Source of the DNA: Thecamonas trahens ATCC 50062
Taxonomy: Eukaryota > Protista > Apusomonadida
Reading direction: 5' to 3'
Assembly (NCBI RefSeq): GCF_000142905.1
Contig: NW_013657657.1
Location: 248,001-312,000 of the forward strand
Length of the DNA: 64,000 bases
Shown: one piece after another, positions 9,430 through 21,000 of the stretch
Position numbering within the stretch: the stretch's first letter is position 1
How the letters are laid out: the number at the start of each line of letters is the position of its first letter
Translations under genes and position numbers: made by a program
The notes under the pieces: model-generated
The model's input: only the letters and a program-made list of their open reading frames with translations
What the model was told of the DNA's origin: nothing
Database searches by the model: none

Positions 9430-12357
9430 ATGCTGCACAGACTCAGTCATCCACTACACATAGGACGACTGCACTCGTCATTTGCAGCACAGGCGTTCGC
9501 GGCAGCGTGCAGAGCAGCATTACCTGGGCGTGTGACGACGACTACGGCCGAGTGCTTTGCCTTGGGCACCGACGCCTCGCCCTACTCGCTCACGCCACAC
9601 ACCGTTGTCTCGCCGGTCTCCGAGGCCGAGGTCCAAGCCACGCTTGCAGCAGCAGCTGTGCACAGAGTCCCGGTCACGTTCCGGGCGGCAGGGACATCGC
9701 TCTCGGGCCAGGCGTCCACCGATGCAGCGCTAATCAAGATATCCCACGCAGAGCCGGCCTGGAAGGAGCTGGTCATTGCCCCTGATGGTGGCTCTGTCCG
9801 GCTCGGTCCGGCTGTCATTGGCGGTGCAGCCAACGCTGCTCTCGCTCCTCTCGGTCGGAAGATTGGCCCGGACCCATCATCCATCGACTCGGCCATGATC
9901 GGTGGCATTGTAGCCAACAACTCGTCCGGCATGTGCTGCGGCGTGGCAAGCAACGCTTACCACACCATCCGGTCCGCTCGCATCATCCTCGCCGACGGCA
10001 CGCTTCTCGACACTGGGTCGGACGCCTCGCGCGCTGCTTTCCTCACTTCGCATGCCAAGCTTGCGCAGGGCCTCGTCGACTTGGCTCGCGAGGTCCAGGC
10101 CGACACCGCCCTCGCCGCACGCATCGCCTCCAAGTTTTCCATCAAGTGCACGACCGGGTACTCGCTCAATGCACTTGTGGATGCCGACCCCAACGACCCC
10201 GTTGACATTGTGCTCAAGCTTATGGTCGGTTCAGAGGGTACGCTTGGCTTTATCTCATCAGTCGAGCTTGCTACTGTCGTCGAGCACCCCCATTCGGCCA
10301 CCGCCTTTGTCACCTTTGACGCCACCGCCGCCGCCGCCGAGGCGACCCAGGCGCTGCGTGCGCTTGGCGACCGCGCTCCAGACGCGGTTGAACTCATGGA
10401 CGCGGTCTCACTCGCCTCGGCGGCGCACTCGTCGGACATTGCCTCTGTTGCGACCCTGCCTAACCTTGATCTCAATCCGCGCGCTGCCGCGCTGCTCCTA
10501 GAGGTCAAGGCACCCACTGCAGGGGATCTTGAAGCTGCCTGTGCTGCACTCGCTGCCGAGCCTCTCTTTGAACCGGCGCTGGGTGACAAGCTCGGCTTTG
10601 CCCAATCGGCTGCCGAAGCCAAGATCATGTGGGACGCCCGCAAAGGCATCATCCCCATCGTAGGAGCGCGCCGGCCGCCCGGTACCTCGACCATCATCGA
10701 AGACGTGGCAGTCCCAGTCTCTGCTCTTGCTCCGCTCACCGACGACCTCTCGGCACTCTTTGCGTCGCTGGGCTACCCAGACGCGTGTATCGTGGGCCAT
10801 GCGCTTGAGGGCAACTTGCACCTCATCTTCAATCAGGGCTTTGCCACCCCGGCTGACGTCGACGCTTTCCGCACCCTCCTCGACCGCATGGCTGAGCTTG
10901 TCGCTGTCAAGTACGACGGCTCGCTCAAGGCCGAGCACGGGACTGGACGAAACATGGCACCATACGTCGAGATGGAGTGGGGTCCGCGTGCCACTTCCCT
11001 CATGTGGCGAATCAAGGAGCTGTTTGATCCGGCCGGCCTGCTCAATCCGGGCGTAATCCTCAGCCACGACGCCGAAATTCACGTCAAGCACCTCAAGGCC
11101 ACCCCGAGCGTTGACCCGGTCGTTGATGCGTGCATTGAGTGCGGGTTCTGCGAGTCGAACTGCCCGTCCCGCAACACCGCCCTCACACCGCGCCAGCGCA
11201 TTGCCCTCGCTCGCAAGCTCTCCACCCTCGAAGACGGCTCGGCCGCCCACGCTGAGGCCTCCGCGCTCCTTGACTCGGCCGCCATCGACCTCTGCGCCGC
11301 GGACGGCATGTGCCAGGCCAAGTGCCCGGTGAGCATCAACACTGGCGAGTATATGGTCGCCCTCCGCGCTGCCCGTCTTGCTTCGGGCTCGCCATGGGCG
11401 TCCAAGCTTGCGCTGATTGTGGCGGACAACTTTGGTGTCGCCACCGCAGCCGGGCGTGGCATGCTTGCCGTAGCCCACGCCGCCGCATCACTTGTGGGCT
11501 CGGCATCGCTCACCACTGTTTCTGCGGGCCTCAACACCATCAGTGGAAGCTTGATCCCAATCTGGCACGAAGCACTTCCGTCGCCGCCGCTGCCGGTATC
11601 GTGGCGCGGGGCACAATCGCAGCCGGCTGGTGCTGCCTCGCGCCGCCGGGTGGCGTACTTTCCTACTTGTGTCTCGCGAGTTCTCGGGCCGTCGCAGCGC
11701 GGCGAGCTCTGCGTTGTCGATGCCGTCCAGCGCCTGTTTGATGAGCACCTTGTGGATAGCTACGAGCTGGTCATCCCGGACAATGTTGATGGGCTCTGCT
11801 GCGGGTGTGCGTTCGAGTCCAAGGGTCTCTCGAGCGCGACCGACGCCGCCTCGGCTCGACTCGGCGATGCACTTGCCGCCCTTGATGTCGATGCTGTGGT
11901 CGTCGACGCGTCGCCTTGTGTCGAGACGATGCGGCGACTTGGTGCTGGTGGTGTTCCCGTTTATGACGTCGTCGAGTACCTAGATCTGGCAGCACGGTCG
12001 GGGCACTTTCCGGCGCTGTCCGAGCTCGCGCCGCAGCCGGCAGCCGAGCCAGTAGTGTTGCACATTCCGTGCTCGGCGTCCAAGGTGGCCGGCCTTGAAC
12101 GAGTGTACCAGTCTGTCGCTGCGCGGCTGTGGGGTGAGCGTGGAGTGGTGGGCTCGGACGTGGCATGTTGCGGCATGGCCGGTGATCGTGGGCTCCGGTT
12201 CCCCGAGCTCCGCGCATCTGCGCTGGCCAGTCTCACTGCTCGCGCCCCGGCCCGCGGGGTCAGCTGCTCGCGGACGTGTGAAGTGGGGCTAGAGGCCGAG
12301 ACCGGCGCACCATGGCATCATGTTGTCGTTGCGCTTGCCGAGCGGCTGTGCAAATAG
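9430..12357 (+). CDS. FAD-linked, Fe-S-containing D-lactate dehydrogenase (GlcD-like + 4Fe-4S dicluster + CCG domains), probably mitochondrial
   Basis: FRAAGTSLSGQ, IGGIVANNSSGMCCG, GSEGTLGF, GHALEGNLH, SLKAEHGTGRNM, CIECGFCESNCPS, CAADGMCQAKCPV and two CCG motifs. N-terminus MLHRLSHPLHIGRLHSS looks like a transit peptide. Confidence 0.88.
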   Translation: MLHRLSHPLHIGRLHSSFAAQAFAAACRAALPGRVTTTTAECFALGTDASPYSLTPHTVVSPVSEAEVQATLAAAAVHRVPVTFRAAGTSLSGQASTDAALIKISHAEPAWKELVIAPDGGSVRLGPAVIGGAANAALAPLGRKIGPDPSSIDSAMIGGIVANNSSGMCCGVASNAYHTIRSARIILADGTLLDTGSDASRAAFLTSHAKLAQGLVDLAREVQADTALAARIASKFSIKCTTGYSLNALVDADPNDPVDIVLKLMVGSEGTLGFISSVELATVVEHPHSATAFVTFDATAAAAEATQALRALGDRAPDAVELMDAVSLASAAHSSDIASVATLPNLDLNPRAAALLLEVKAPTAGDLEAACAALAAEPLFEPALGDKLGFAQSAAEAKIMWDARKGIIPIVGARRPPGTSTIIEDVAVPVSALAPLTDDLSALFASLGYPDACIVGHALEGNLHLIFNQGFATPADVDAFRTLLDRMAELVAVKYDGSLKAEHGTGRNMAPYVEMEWGPRATSLMWRIKELFDPAGLLNPGVILSHDAEIHVKHLKATPSVDPVVDACIECGFCESNCPSRNTALTPRQRIALARKLSTLEDGSAAHAEASALLDSAAIDLCAADGMCQAKCPVSINTGEYMVALRAARLASGSPWASKLALIVADNFGVATAAGRGMLAVAHAAASLVGSASLTTVSAGLNTISGSLIPIWHEALPSPPLPVSWRGAQSQPAGAASRRRVAYFPTCVSRVLGPSQRGELCVVDAVQRLFDEHLVDSYELVIPDNVDGLCCGCAFESKGLSSATDAASARLGDALAALDVDAVVVDASPCVETMRRLGAGGVPVYDVVEYLDLAARSGHFPALSELAPQPAAEPVVLHIPCSASKVAGLERVYQSVAARLWGERGVVGSDVACCGMAGDRGLRFPELRASALASLTARAPARGVSCSRTCEVGLEAETGAPWHHVVVALAERLCK

Positions 12358-12374
12358 AGATCATCAAAGTCCAA

Positions 12375-15300
12375 TCACAGATCGGCCTTCCGCCACGACA
12401 CCCACGCGAGGCTGCCATCGTCGCCACCAAACGAGTTGGCTTCGATAGTCATGCCGGCGAGCTGAGCAGCGCAACCGGCGCCGCCTTGGCCCGCGGGCGT
12501 GAGCTGCTCTGAGAGCGGAGCAAAGGCGCCGACCTTGCTGATGGCGCAGTACGAGGACCGGACGCCGATTTCTGTGAGGTGGCGGCCACCAAAGACGTTT
12601 TGAATGAACAGCCGATTGGTGGTGCGGAGCTTTGCGGCGGCGTCACCGGCGACGGCAAGGGCAAGGACGACGCCGTTGTCGAGCCGCGAGACGGCGTCGC
12701 GAGCTGTGTCGGCAGCATCCTTGTCGACGCTCGTGTCAAAAACGGTGTGGAAGAGGACCTTGACAGCGCCGTCTGAGACGTCGAGGGCAGCAAGATGGAG
12801 GCCGGCGGTCTCTGGACGCGGCGAGCCGTTGGGCAACAACGCCGGTGGCTTGCGCCGCGGAGTCGGCTGCGGAGTGGGCGCGGGAGTGGGCGCAGGCGTA
12901 GCCGACTCGCCTACGAGCTCCTTGACCTTGGCGACGGCATCAGCGGCGTCCTCGACGAGGTTGTCGCGGCTGTGGATGCGAATAACAAAGCGAGCGTAGT
13001 TTGGCAGGGTGACGGTCTGGGCGAGAAGTTCGGCCTTGAGCGACTGGACGCCGTCTTTGGTGACGTCAATCTCGTGGCGACGCATCCGCTGGAGGAGGTC
13101 GCCCGAAGCCGAGAACTGCTTTGTGGCGTCGAGGCCCATGACTCGCGGGTGCGGGAGGGCGCGGTAGTGGCCCTCTGTGCGGGAGAGGCGCTTGAGGCCA
13201 GTGCGACCGAATTTGTGGGTGATGCGCAGATACATGTCGTCGTCCTCGCGGCCCCAGCCCCAGTAGCCATTGGAGAAGCCACCGACGCTGACGTAGTCTT
13301 CAGCGCGCATCTGCAGCGCGCCGCCGACCATGGCCGAGTATGAGGTAAAGCCGTCCTGCGTCGTTGCCGCGCAGAGATGGGTAGGCTCGGCGCGCCAGCC
13401 GTAGTTGTTGGTCATGTGAGTCGGCAGCTGGTCGACGTCGTGGAGGACAACGTACTCGCAGCCAAACTTGTTGACGCCGAGGACAAAGGCGGCATTGAAC
13501 ATGGCGCCCTTGTTGAAGAACCCGCCCTGGTCCTGCTCGGCCACTATGATCTTAAACCGCCGGCCGGCGTCGGTCAGCCACTCCTCCATGTACGGCACAA
13601 ACTCATCGAGATTAGCTTCACGTCCAGCGCCCTGGGTGGAGAGCGACGGCGAGTCGCGGAAGGGAACAAGGACACAGAGCAGCGGCTCGGCGCTCGCGTC
13701 GGTGTCAGCAGCTGCCGCCGCAACCCGCGCGAGCGTAAGCTGGGTGTCGAGGAGAGCAGGCGGCTCCGGTGATGGCGGATAGGCCGAGACCGGCTCAATC
13801 CACTCGGTAACGGCCGAGTCGGCAGGCGCGTTGGCTCTGGTTCCTGCCAGCCCACGGAGCCGGGTGGCCATGTCGGTGATGGCGTTGACAAACTTGTCTA
13901 CGTCGACAGCATACTCGTGGCGGCGGGTGGCGCGTGGAATGGAGAGGACCTGGCAGACGCGGTCGGCCCAGCGGCAGAAGTTCTGGTAGTGGTGGCGGCG
14001 GCGATAAGCGACGGGAACGATTTCGAGGAGGCCGGTCGGGACGTCGTTGGACATAAAGAGGACGTGCGAGAGGCCGGCGCCGTGGATGCCGGTGAGGATG
14101 TGTGAGGCTGCGACGATGCGGAGCTGCTCACCGTAGGTGAGCTCGGTAAAGACATAGCACGAGGCATGGAAGCCGCTGCGAGCGTTGAGGGTGGCGGCGA
14201 GCTCGTTGCAGTTGACCAGCTTGCGCTCGGCTGAGCCGCCAAGGTTCCGCGGATGGGCGACATAATCTTTGCGGACGAGGATGGTGACAACAATTGGGTT
14301 TGCGGCGAGCGGAGTGGTGTTGGGTGCGGGAGCTGGTAGGCCGACGCCATAAAGGCGCCAAAGTGCTGGACGCCCGGGAGAGTCGAGCACGGTGAGTTGG
14401 TGGCGATGTGCAGGTTGATGGGCGAGGCATATCCTGCAGCGACGACGATTGCATTCTCGAAGCAGACACGGCCTCTTGGAAGCTGTGAGAGGTACAAAAC
14501 CTGGGCGGGCGCAAAGATGTCTGTCCACGGCTCGTCAAGGTTGCCGGCGGCGTGGCCATCGAGCCAGACAATAACGACCTCTTCGCGGGAGTGGACGTCA
14601 AACATCTCGAGAGCCAGATACGTGTTGTACCAGTCGGTCATGGTGTGAAACAGGTTGCAGTACTCGTACCGCTGCACCAAGAGCGTCGGACGTGTCTCTG
14701 TAGCGTCACACGGCCCGCTGCTCTCGCCGACAACCAGCTTGCTCGGCATGATCATGTGCTCGAGGTGGTTGAGCATGGGGACGAGCGGAGCCTTCTCCGA
14801 AAACTTGGAACAAGCCCTAGCCTCCCACGCCCCAGCAGTATACTCGGGGTACTCGTCGCTCTCCTCACGGCCGGCGACATCGTAGAGGTTCTCGGCGCCT
14901 GTCGAGACCTTGACCTTGCGGGTGTCGAGGGCGAGGGAGGTGACCCGGCACATGGTGGCCGGCACGCCCGGATGGTGACGGCAGACCATAGCGTCGTCCT
15001 CCTCGCACATTTGAACTTCTGGCCAGTACAGCTCGCGCGATTCGTCCGAGAGAGAGAACGCCGTCGGGCAGTGTCTGGCAAGATCCGACGACGGGGCCAC
15101 CTTGCCGGGCTTGTTTCCCTTGGGCGCCGCAGTCATCGGCGAAGCCACGTTGCCGGCTACATCGGCCGGCAGCCTCGGATTGTCGCGGAAGGTGTACCGT
15201 GTCGCGCCTGCTTTTGATGCAGGGGCGAGAGTGGGGGTGGGAGTGGGGGGCGGAGTGGGGGCGGGAGTGGGGGCGGGAGTGGGGGCAGGGGTGGGGTGGG

Positions 15301-15678
15301 GGTGATGGCAATTGGGGCGGGATGGCGAGTGGTAGCCGTTGTTGCTGACGTGGCCGAGCTTGCAGCGGCGGGATGTGGCGAGGTAGACGAGGGAGCCGCA
15401 GCAGACGACATCTTGGTTGTCGATGAGCGCGCAGACGGCGAGGAGGAAGAGCGAGCAGGAGCAGGAGCAGGAGTAGGAGCAGGAGCAGGAGCAGGACGAC
15501 GAGGAGGAGGAGGAGGAGGAGGAGGCTCAAAGCCAGACCGAAGGATTGTCAGAAGATATACATTTTGAACAATGACCATGAGTGTGAGGCAGGCAAGCAT
15601 AGTCCGCCATGTCACGCATCGGCCGACCACCCGTTCACCAAGACTATGTCCGCGCCGATCCACACCACCAATAAGCAT
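12375..15678 (-). CDS. Type II membrane fusion glycosyltransferase: TM + Pro/Thr stem + GT61 (beta-1,2-xylosyltransferase-like) + GT7 (B4GALT7-like) + ILEI/GG domain; two -1 frameshifts in this assembly
   Basis: Three consecutive ORF segments join at ~15292 and ~14330. GT61 motifs: RYEYCNLFHTMTDWY, WLDGH, RKDYVAHPR, GIHGAGLSH. GT7 motifs: LVPFRD, FNKG, HDVD, GFSNGYWGWGREDDD. ILEI-like motifs: GLHLAALD...FDT...G.RSSY. Confidence 0.8.
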
Positions 15679-16100
15679 GGCGAGGTGGAGGGGGGAGGTA
15701 GGAGGGGGGAGGGAGGGGAGGGGGGGAGGGGAGGGGAGGGTGGGGTGGGGGGGGGGGGTAGGTAGGGAAGGGAGGAGTGGTAGTGGTAGTGGGTGGGTTG
15801 GGTTGGGTTGGGTTGAAGGGGGGAGGGGGGGGTATGCCTGATGCTGGTGGTGTTGGCGTGTGTGGTTGTCGGGCTGTCGGTCGGGTTGTTGTGTTGGTCG
15901 TGCAAAATGATGCAAATGGTCGCTCCGTGATGGCGGCGGTGGCCATGGCTTTGGGCAGACGACCAAAACCGGTTGGCCAAATCGTTCGCCGGTTCAACCG
16001 TTGCCTCGCCAGCACTGTGCCTGAGGCTGTGACTGAGACTGGTGCGCGGAAGGAGGAGCACTTGGCGCAGAGCTTACAGTACTGTGACACGGGGTTTAGT

Positions 16101-17237
16101 ATGGGCTCGTCAAAGAAGAAGAAGTCAAAGGGGAAGACGAGGAAGACGACAGAGAGCTCGGTGAGTGTGTCGAGCGCGAGCGCGAGCAAGGGCAAGGGCA
16201 AGGGCAAGGGCAAGGGCAAGGGCAAGGGCAAGGGCAAGGGCAAGGGCAAGGGCAAGGGCAAGGGCAAGGCTGTGGGCGTCGTCGCCGTTGACGGACACAA
16301 TGACTATGCATACATGATTGATCCGGACTCGTCGTCGTCGAGCCATCACAAGTCCAAGGGCAAGGGCAAGAGCAAGGGCAAGGGCAAGTCCAAGTCCAAG
16401 TCCAAGAGCAAGTCCAAGAGCAAGTCCAAGAGCAAGTCCAAGTCCAAGAGCAAGTCCAAGAGCAAGTCCAAGTCCAAGTCCAAGAGCAACATCGTGTCCG
16501 TGGTTGGTCCGGACGAGGCGCGGCTGGCCAACTCGTTCAACTCGCTCGAGAGCGAGCTGTCCGACACGGAGATCGAACGGAGCAGAAAGCCACGTCGCAG
16601 AATGGGCAAGGCAAAGAAGGGCAAGACAAAGAAGGGCAAGACAAAGAAGGAAAAGGGCGCCAAGGCCAAGTCGTCGTCAGAGTCCAGCGAGTCGACGTCT
16701 GCGTCTGACTCGTCGCGTGTGGTGGCAAAGGCGCGCAAGGGCAAGCGTCAAAGCCACTCAGATCTGCTTGTTGTCACCTCGTCGCTGTTCTCGTCGACGT
16801 CGGGCGCGTCCGAGCCAGCCGACTACACGCTTGCCCACCAGCTCACCCGCCACGGCCTCACCGCCAACCAAAAGGCCTTTATCGACTACCTCAAGCAGAA
16901 CGGGCAGGCGCCGCTGGCGGCTACTGCAGCGAGCGCACCATCCGACTCTTCGGGGTCATCATCGTCGACCTCGGCTCGCCGCCACCGCCACCGCCATCGC
17001 CACCGCCACCGCCATCGCTCCTCCTCCTCTTCTTCAGCCTCGTCGCCGCGTCGCATCGTACACAAGTATCTTCCGCCGTGGGAAAACTCGGAGCTCGACT
17101 CATCCGAAGTCGCCTACGCCGCTGCCATCCATCCAGGCTACCCAGATCATCCCGCTCACGCCCACGGCGGCAACGCTGCAGCCCATCAGCCGCCTCGTCG
17201 TCGCGGCTCCGCCTTTGGCTGGCACAACCTCCACTAA
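16101..17237 (+). CDS. Highly basic low-complexity protein with (KG)n, (KS)n and (RH)n repeats
   Basis: ATG at 16101, frame open to TAA at 17237, GC3-rich codon usage like neighbouring genes. No known domain. Confidence 0.6.
   Translation: MGSSKKKKSKGKTRKTTESSVSVSSASASKGKGKGKGKGKGKGKGKGKGKGKGKGKAVGVVAVDGHNDYAYMIDPDSSSSSHHKSKGKGKSKGKGKSKSKSKSKSKSKSKSKSKSKSKSKSKSKSKSKSNIVSVVGPDEARLANSFNSLESELSDTEIERSRKPRRRMGKAKKGKTKKGKTKKEKGAKAKSSSESSESTSASDSSRVVAKARKGKRQSHSDLLVVTSSLFSSTSGASEPADYTLAHQLTRHGLTANQKAFIDYLKQNGQAPLAATAASAPSDSSGSSSSTSARRHRHRHRHRHRHRSSSSSSASSPRRIVHKYLPPWENSELDSSEVAYAAAIHPGYPDHPAHAHGGNAAAHQPPRRRGSAFGWHNLH
16188..16265 (+). repeat. (AAGGGC)~13 perfect hexanucleotide repeat encoding poly-KG; related AAGTCC/AAGAGC repeats continue at ~16350-16487
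   Basis: Directly visible. Confidence 0.95.
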
Positions 17238-18011
17238 AAAATCCTCGCAAACCCATGCGCAAACCCATGTGCAAACCCTTGCGAATAGCCCTTCCCCCCT
17301 CCCCCCAAGTTCCTCCCTTCTTCTTCCCCTCTCACTACGATCTCCACCATCACCGCTTTGTGGGGCATTCTGGGCCCCATCAGTACTCCGGGTCTCCAAC
17401 GTCCAACTTGGATTCTTGGAATCACGTCAACTCGACGTCAACAGTCATGGTTGGAATACTTTGGTCTCTGATACCTCTCCCCCACTGTCCAACGACCGCA
17501 GTACGGATCCCAGCTAGCCACCATGACTCCCTCTCCGCTCTTTGCTTCACACAAGTTGTGAATGTGAACAGAGCAGGGCACACACATTCTATACCACCTC
17601 CCCTCCCCTCCCCAACCACTTGCCACTCCTTCTTCCCACCACTGTCTCCGCTGTGCCTTTCCCGCAGTGGCAGCCTGCTGGCCAACCATGGCCTGAAAAA
17701 ATTCGGCTGGCCAGCCTTCGGCCGACCCCTCCCCTGGTCCCCCCTTTCTCCACCTCCGGCAATGCCAAGCCTCCGCTCGCGAGCGCCCCCTCCCTACCAG
17801 ACTCCTGCCCTTGCTTTCCCACTGTTGTGCATTGTATTGTGCGTGTTCTTCGCCCAGTCGCGCCACCCCCTCCCCGCCTACAAGCACCAGCTGTCCTTCC
17901 GCTCGCTCGCCCCCCCCCCCCTCTCCCCGCCACTTGCCAACACCCGCAATCACTCATCCAGCGCCCGCCCTCCCCCTCCCCCTCCCCCCCCCTCCCCTGG
18001 CTCGTACTTTG

Positions 18012-21000
18012 ATGTCTCTTTTTGACACAGTGTCTGACGACAGCTACTACTCGGGGTACTACTCCGACGAGGAAGTCGGGCGCCCCGCGCCCGCGGCGGC
18101 TGCGCCGCCCAAGTACTCTTCGCGTGGTGACCGTGGCTCCAAGGGCTCGTCGGGCCGCAATGCCGGCGGTTCGTCGCGTCGGGCCTCGGGCCGCAAGTCG
18201 TCGACCCGGACGCCGGTGCAGACGGATATTGTGCGGACGATGTCTGAGATTTCTGCCAAGTACGAGCAGGCTTCTGCCAAGGCTGCGCGCGGGCTCAACC
18301 TGACGCGGTCTGAGATGCGTGCTTGCAACGAGCTGCGGATGGACCAGCACCTTATGTCGCTCGACGAGCTCATGAACGACCCGGTGTACAAGACGGATCC
18401 GGAGCGCGGCCTGAGCAAGTCTGTGGCTGCGGAGCGGCTCAAGGCTAACGGGCCGAACGAGCTCACGCCCGAGGACAAGGTTCCCGAGTGGAAGAAGTTT
18501 GTGGAGCAAATGACCGGCTGGTTCTCGCTCCTCCTCTGGGCCGGTTCGGCGCTCTCGTTCTTCGGCTACATCCTCGACTCTGAGGGTGTGGAGAACCTTT
18601 ACATTGGCATTGTCCTTGCAGTCGTCGTCTTCCTCACTGGTGTCTTCTCGTACATGCAGGAGCGCAAGTCGTCGAAGATCATGGAGAAGTTCAAGGACTT
18701 TCTGCCCAAGACGACGCGTGTCATCCGTGACGGCACCGAGATGTCTGTGCCTGTGGAGAACCTTGTCCTCGGCGACGTGGTCAAGGTCAAGTACGGCGAC
18801 ACCATTCCGGCCGACCTGCGGATGATCGAGGTTGCCGGGCTCAAGGTCGACAACGCGTCGCTGACCGGCGAGTCTGAGCCTCAGGCGCGCGACACCAACG
18901 TTTCTGAGGAGAACCCGCTCGAGGCGACGAACCTTGCGTTCTTCCTCACGGCCGCAGTTGAGGGCACTGCCACCGGCGTGGTCATCAACTGCGGTGACGA
19001 CACGATCATGGGCCGGATTGCCAAGCTCGTGGCGACGACCGAGCAGCGCAAGACGCCGATCCAGAAGGAGATTGACCGATTCATTCTCATCATTTCGACG
19101 GTTGCCATGGTTCTCGGCATCTCGTTCTTCCTTGTCGGTGTGGCCAACGGCACGCCGTGGATCTCCAACCTGGTCTTTATGATCGGTATTATTGTGGCCA
19201 ACGTGCCCGAGGGCCTCCTGGCTACGGTCACTGTCTCGCTCTCGCTCACCGCGCAGCGGATGGCCCGCAAGAAGGTGCTCGTCAAGCTTCTCGACGCCGT
19301 CGAGACGCTCGGCGCGACGACCACGATTTGCTCGGACAAGACCGGCACGCTGACGCAGAACGTCATGACTGTTGCCCATCTGTTCTACAACGGCAACCTC
19401 GAGGACTGCGACTTTGCCGGTACTACGCAGGACAAGACGTGGGAGTGGGACGCGCCCGAGTTCCAGGAGCTCCGTCGCGTGGCCATGCTCTGCAACAACG
19501 CCGCTTTCGACGAGGACGAGGAGGCGATGAAGATCGCCAACAAGCTCGACCGCCCGGTCTCCGGTGACGCGTCCGAGACGGCCATCCTCAAGTTTACCGA
19601 GTCGATCTGCCGCGGCGGCGATACGGTCAAGGACTACCGCAAGCGGAACACCAAGGGCCACCCGCCGCATGTCCGTGAGATCATCTTCAACTCGAAGAAC
19701 AAGTGGCAGCTTTCGATCCACGAGCTTGAGGACGACCCGGACCAGCTCCTGCTGTGCATCAAGGGCGCACCCGAGCGCATCATGCGCATGTGCTCGCACG
19801 TCTACCGCGACGGCCGTGAGCGCACCTTTACCGAAGCAGAGAAGGCGCGCGTCCTCGCCGGCCAGAACACGTGCGCTGAGAACGGTGAGCGTATTCTGGG
19901 CTTTGCCGAGTACTACCTGCCCAAGTCGGACTTCCCGGTCGACTACGACTTTGACATGACGTACCCGTACAACTTCCCGGGCCCGCCGTCGGTTGACGAG
20001 CTCGCCGATGACTCGCTCGACCTCGGTCGCTACACCTTTGTCGGCTTTATGGCCATGATGGATCCGCCGCGCGAGGCTGTGCCCGGCGCCGTCGCCAAGT
20101 GCAAGTCGGCCGGCATCAAGGTCATCATGGTGACCGGCGACCATCCGACGACTGCCAAGGCCATTGCCAAGATGGTCAACATCATCACCTCGCCGACCGC
20201 CGAGGACATTGCCAAGGAGCGCGGCACCGAGGTCACGCCCGCCATTCGCGCCGAGGCTCGCTCCATCGTCAAGGCCGGCTGGGAGCTCCCTGAGTTTACC
20301 GAGGAGGACTGGCATTTTGTGCTCGACCACGAGCAGATCGTCTTTGCGCGTACCTCGCCGCAGCAGAAGCTCTTCATTGTTTCGCACTGCCAGGAGCGCC
20401 ACGAGATTGTCGCCGTCACCGGCGACGGTGTCAACGACTCGCCCGCCCTCAAGCAGGCCGACATCGGTATTGCCATGGGCATCATGGGCTCTGACGTCGC
20501 CAAGGCCGCCGCCGACATGATTCTGCTTGACGACAACTTTGCCTCGATTGTCAACGGCATCGAGGAGGGCCGCATCACCTTTGACAACCTCAAGAAGTCG
20601 ATCGCCTACACCCTCTCGTCCAACATTCCCGAGATCACCCCGTTCCTCTCGTTCATCACTTTCGGCATGCCGCTCCCGCTCTCGACCGTCCTCATCCTCT
20701 GCGTCGACCTCGGCACTGACATGCTCCCCGCCATTTCGTTTGCCTACGAGATGGCTGAGTCGGACATCATGGACCGCAAGCCGCGCGCCCGCGACGACAA
20801 CCTCGTCACCTCGCGCCTCATCTCGTTCTCGTACCTGCAGGTTGGTATCTTCCAGGCCCTGGCCGGCTTCTTCATGTACCTCGTCATCCTCGGCGACAAG
20901 GGCTTCCGCCCCTCCATCCTCCCGGGCACCGGCATCGACTGGTCGCGTGACAAGAACCTCATGATCGCCGGCGAGAACTACGTCGTCCGTGACGAGGCTC

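Noticed and set aside
7858-12357. Bacterial contamination or operon (mgtC + D-LDH)
   Set aside because: Contiguous with intron-containing eukaryotic genes, similar codon usage, eukaryote-style extensions and a poly-C spacer.
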